From: Pseudomonadota bacterium
Lineage (GTDB): Bacteria; Pseudomonadota; Alphaproteobacteria; Micropepsales; Micropepsaceae
Direction: 5' to 3'
Length of the DNA stretch: 64,000 nt
NCBI GenBank assembly: GCA_041192105.1
Contig: JBEENS010000003.1
Coordinates: 12,048-76,047, forward strand
In this document: positions 61,036 to 64,000 of the stretch, piece by piece
Position numbering within the stretch: position 1 is the stretch's first letter
Layout: each line of letters begins with the position of its first letter
Notes under the pieces: generated by a model
What the model was told of the DNA's origin: nothing
Databases searched by the model: none
The model's input: the letters and a program-made list of their open reading frames with translations, nothing else
Program-made: the position numbers and the translations under genes

Positions 61036-62655
61036 TTAGTTTGCGGAAGCGGTACGGGTACGCTCGCAGCGCCCGGCCGGCGGTTCAAAACGGTCCAGGC
61101 GCGCCACCACTTCGCCCGCGCCGCCGCCACAGGCGATCCAGCGGAAACTGTGGTTTGCGTCTGTTTCCTTCAGGCTGTTATCGGCGCTCAGCGCCCCGAA
61201 ACCATGGGCTGCAACACTACCGACGACTGCACTTTTTTCGCAGGCTGCGAGGCCTTCGCTGCCCGCCATGCAGTAGGCGAACTGCACGGCAAAGTCGCAG
61301 TCGTTGCGAAAGCCCCAATGGCTGCCGTCGCTGTCCACCTTCAGGCATGGGGAGGCGGCGTCCTTGTCCGGCGACTTTTTAGATTCTTGGGGCGCGATGG
61401 CGGCAACGGTTTCGCGGACCGAAGGCGCGGCGTCACCGTCCACGGTGCGGACCGGCGCGGTCCTGACGGCGACCGCTTCCAGCCCCTTGTAATCACCGAT
61501 GCGGTACGACGCCTTGGCGATGCGGGCCGGGGTTTTCGCCTCGGAACGCTTTTCGGGTTTGGCGGAAACCGGCGGCGCACTGCCCATCGCCACGGGTGCA
61601 ACTGCCGACAAACAGCCGCCGCCGGTTTCACCAGCCACACCGGGCAGGCCCAGTCTGTTGGCATAGGCATTCAGCGCCGCCTTCTTGTCGGCCTCGCTGA
61701 AGACATGGTCTGGCGGATACGAGCTGCGGCAGGAGGCGCCCGCTTCGCCCTCCAGTGCCATCTGCACGCCATCGTCATTTGCCGACAGCATGGCCGAGCG
61801 GCCATCGGCATAGCGGACCTCGACGCCATTGGCGGTCAGGCGGAAAAATCCGGTGACGCTGGTGCCGGCACCGGAGACACCGGAATCCTCCACCACCGTG
61901 CCCATGCGATCGGTCATGAAGGTGAAGGTGGTCTTGCGGGCATTGCCGTCCGCTGGCATCACCTGCAATTCCAAGCCGCCCTCGATCAGGTTGAGGGCGA
62001 TGGACGAGCCATCGACGCCGCCCAGGGTCTTGCCGGACACCGCGCCGAACGGTGCGTTCGCGGGCGGGTTGGCGGCAAGTGTTTCGGCCTTGCCACTGGG
62101 TTTGTCGCTGGCCTGTGTCAGCTTGCTTTCGACAAAGGTGCCGGCCACCAGGGTGCCATCGGGATGGCGCAGTTCACCGGCGCCGTTGGGCTTGTCGTCC
62201 TTCCAGTCGCCGGCATAACGCTCGCCATTGGCGCGGCGCAGGATGCCGAAGCCGTTCATCTTGCCGCCTGTCCACTGGCCTTCGAACCGGTCGTTGGTGT
62301 CGGTGGTCAGAACGCCGGCGCCGTGGAAGCGGCCTTCCACTATGCCGCCTTCATAGCTCCAGCCTTCACCCCACTGGGCGACGACAATGCCGTCGAGGAT
62401 CATCCCGCGCGCGAAGCTGGCGGTGAAGCTTTGGGTCTTGCCGTCATGGGTGAAGCTGGCCAGTCCGCTGGCATAGCCCTCGACGCAGGCACCGGTCCAG
62501 CGCACCGTGTCGCCGGCTTTCGCGTCGGCGTTGAACAGCTGGCAGTCCCCGTCCTTCAACCACTGGCCGCCATTTTCCGCTTCCGCCGCCCGCGCGGTCC
62601 ACGACCCGCACGCCAGCCATGCGGCGGCCAGCACGGCCTTCGCAATCCCCGTCAT
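61036..62655 (-). CDS. Secreted MORN-repeat protein
   Basis: Signal peptide plus tandem MORN-like units (YEGGIVEGRFHGAG, FEGQWTGGKMNGFG, YAGDWKDDKPNGAG). The overlapping plus-strand ORF is a shadow ORF. Confidence 0.7.
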   Translation of the reverse strand: MTGIAKAVLAAAWLACGSWTARAAEAENGGQWLKDGDCQLFNADAKAGDTVRWTGACVEGYASGLASFTHDGKTQSFTASFARGMILDGIVVAQWGEGWSYEGGIVEGRFHGAGVLTTDTNDRFEGQWTGGKMNGFGILRRANGERYAGDWKDDKPNGAGELRHPDGTLVAGTFVESKLTQASDKPSGKAETLAANPPANAPFGAVSGKTLGGVDGSSIALNLIEGGLELQVMPADGNARKTTFTFMTDRMGTVVEDSGVSGAGTSVTGFFRLTANGVEVRYADGRSAMLSANDDGVQMALEGEAGASCRSSYPPDHVFSEADKKAALNAYANRLGLPGVAGETGGGCLSAVAPVAMGSAPPVSAKPEKRSEAKTPARIAKASYRIGDYKGLEAVAVRTAPVRTVDGDAAPSVRETVAAIAPQESKKSPDKDAASPCLKVDSDGSHWGFRNDCDFAVQFAYCMAGSEGLAACEKSAVVGSVAAHGFGALSADNSLKETDANHSFRWIACGGGAGEVVARLDRFEPPAGRCERTRTASAN

Positions 62656-62873
62656 TGTTTTTCTCTGTCTTTGGAGCCAGCCCCACGCCGCGCTCTTGAA
62701 GGAAGGCTGTGACAGGTTTTGGAAATGCGCGAGTCAAAGACGGCAAAGCGGCAAACGATTCCTTTACGCCGCGAGTAATCTTGCGCGCGTGCCGGAAAAG
62801 CGCGGTTTTATAAGTGCGCTTTGGAACGGGCGTTCATCTTCCCGTTCATCTGGGGTTCATCTACATGAACGGC

Positions 62874-62909
62874 GAAAACAAAAAGCGCGGGGAAGGATAT
62901 TCCCCGCGC
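62874..62909 (-). terminator. Intrinsic terminator after the uxuA-like gene
   Basis: On the minus strand, the GCGCGGGGA-ATATCCT-TCCCCGCGC stem-loop is followed by TTTTTGTTTTC. Confidence 0.8.
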
Positions 62910-62931
62910 TCTATTTGTAGGTGTTGGGGAA

Positions 62932-64000
62932 TCAGACGCGCCGGCGTTCCGCGTCCATCAACCCGCGGATATAACCGAAGGCGAAGGGGAAGTTTTCGCG
63001 GCTGGCATTGGCATCGCCCGGCACGGCGGGGGCATGATCGGGCATCAGCATGTCTTCATAGCCGACTTCGCGGTAAACCTTCAGCGCCTCGACAAAATCG
63101 ATATCGCCTTCGTCGGGGAACATCTCGGCGACGAAATTGTCGCGCCCGCCCGTGATGTTGCGGAAATGGACATTGAAGATTTTCTTCCGGCTGCCGAAAT
63201 AACGGATGACGTCGAAAATCTCGACTTTCGGGTTGACCAGATTTTCCGACACCGTGCCCTGGCAGAAATTGAAACCGTGCCAGGGGCTTTCATACATGGC
63301 GATGAAGCGCTTCATGCCGTCGATGGTGCCCAGAACATTGGTGATGCCCTGATAGCCTTCCGGCGGCGTGCCCGGATCCTGGGGATGGCAGGCGATACGC
63401 ACCTTGTTCTCATTGGCGACCGGCACCACGCGCTTGAGAAAGTAATCGATGCGTTCCCAGAAGGCATCGGCACCGACGATACCGGCCTTGGTCAGCGGCG
63501 GGTTCTTGGCCAGCGCCGCCTTGGCATCCCACTTTTCATACACGGTGTCGCCGCGGCCCGGCACATGCTCGCTGCGCACCACGCCCAGCAGGCTCATATT
63601 GTACTTGATGGTCTTGATGCCGGTGGCGGCGCAGGTGCGGATATGATTCTGGAAGGATTCGATATCACGGTCGCGCTGCGGGCTCAGGCCCAGCATAATG
63701 GCGGGGTTCTTCTCCCGGTCGATGTGGGACGAGGTGAGCAGCACGCTGTCCACCATGGCGACCTTCAGCTTCCACTTGGCCGCTAGGTCCAGCATCTTGC
63801 GCATTTCTTCGGGCGTCGGATACAGCCGGGTGGGATCGGTCACAACCGGGCTGGTGCAGATGGCGTCCACGCCAAAGCGCGCCACCCAGGCAGCGCTGCG
63901 GTCGGTCAGGGTGCCGAACTGATGGCCCAGCAGCGCCTTCAGCGGCGGCAGCTTGCCGCCAGCGCGTTTGGTCTGGGCTTCGGCGGCAGGAATGCCGCCG
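62932..64000 (-). CDS. uxuA: Mannonate dehydratase (UxuA) family protein; N-terminus runs off the window
   Basis: VRIACHPQDPG...FNFCQGT...FNVHFRN...LMPDHAP blocks align by eye with UxuA. The frame remains open upstream of the track start, out to position 64000. Confidence 0.75.
   Translation of the reverse strand, partial: GGIPAAEAQTKRAGGKLPPLKALLGHQFGTLTDRSAAWVARFGVDAICTSPVVTDPTRLYPTPEEMRKMLDLAAKWKLKVAMVDSVLLTSSHIDREKNPAIMLGLSPQRDRDIESFQNHIRTCAATGIKTIKYNMSLLGVVRSEHVPGRGDTVYEKWDAKAALAKNPPLTKAGIVGADAFWERIDYFLKRVVPVANENKVRIACHPQDPGTPPEGYQGITNVLGTIDGMKRFIAMYESPWHGFNFCQGTVSENLVNPKVEIFDVIRYFGSRKKIFNVHFRNITGGRDNFVAEMFPDEGDIDFVEALKVYREVGYEDMLMPDHAPAVPGDANASRENFPFAFGYIRGLMDAERRRV

Overview
This is a high-GC alphaproteobacterial chromosome segment; I cannot assign a genus from sequence alone. 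Most of it is conserved housekeeping. Left to right: regB-regA redox two-component system, hisB, metK, trmB, the rimP-nusA-ylxR-infB-rbfA-truB-rpsO-pnp translation/RNA cluster, polA, moeB, pckA, dnaK-dnaJ, tspO, maeB, mutS, leuC, priA, tal, xerC, then a tRNA-Thr(CGT). The clearest accessory region is a roughly 5.8-kb islet directly after tRNA-Thr. It is bracketed by a 20-bp direct repeat of the tRNA 3' end (48977-48996 and 54753-54772). It carries an IS110-family element whose transposase has an in-frame TAG, a visibly lower-GC quinohemoprotein (PQQ plus heme c) alcohol dehydrogenase, and an NHL beta-propeller protein. No intact integrase is present. To the right are secreted or periplasmic proteins (cytochrome c, a broken DUF4892/OmpA gene, a MORN-repeat protein) and sugar-acid genes (dgoD, an MFS transporter, uxuA-like). 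Three reading frames look disrupted: a perfect 17-bp tandem duplication frameshifts the end of essential infB, the IS110 transposase carries a TAG, and the OmpA-family gene has a TAA plus a 1-nt frameshift. These are either real lesions or assembly errors and should be checked against raw reads. I found no recognisable defence system, CRISPR array, prophage or biosynthetic cluster. The best candidates for uncharacterised biology are the tRNA-Thr islet, a 26-bp perfect inverted repeat in the IS110 5' non-coding end, a 573-aa uncharacterised gene apparently co-transcribed with moeB, a TPR protein with a 2OG-oxygenase-like C-terminus, and a MITE family that abuts TAG stop codons. Many long ORFs in the six-frame track are antisense shadow ORFs typical of high-GC DNA, and I rejected them.
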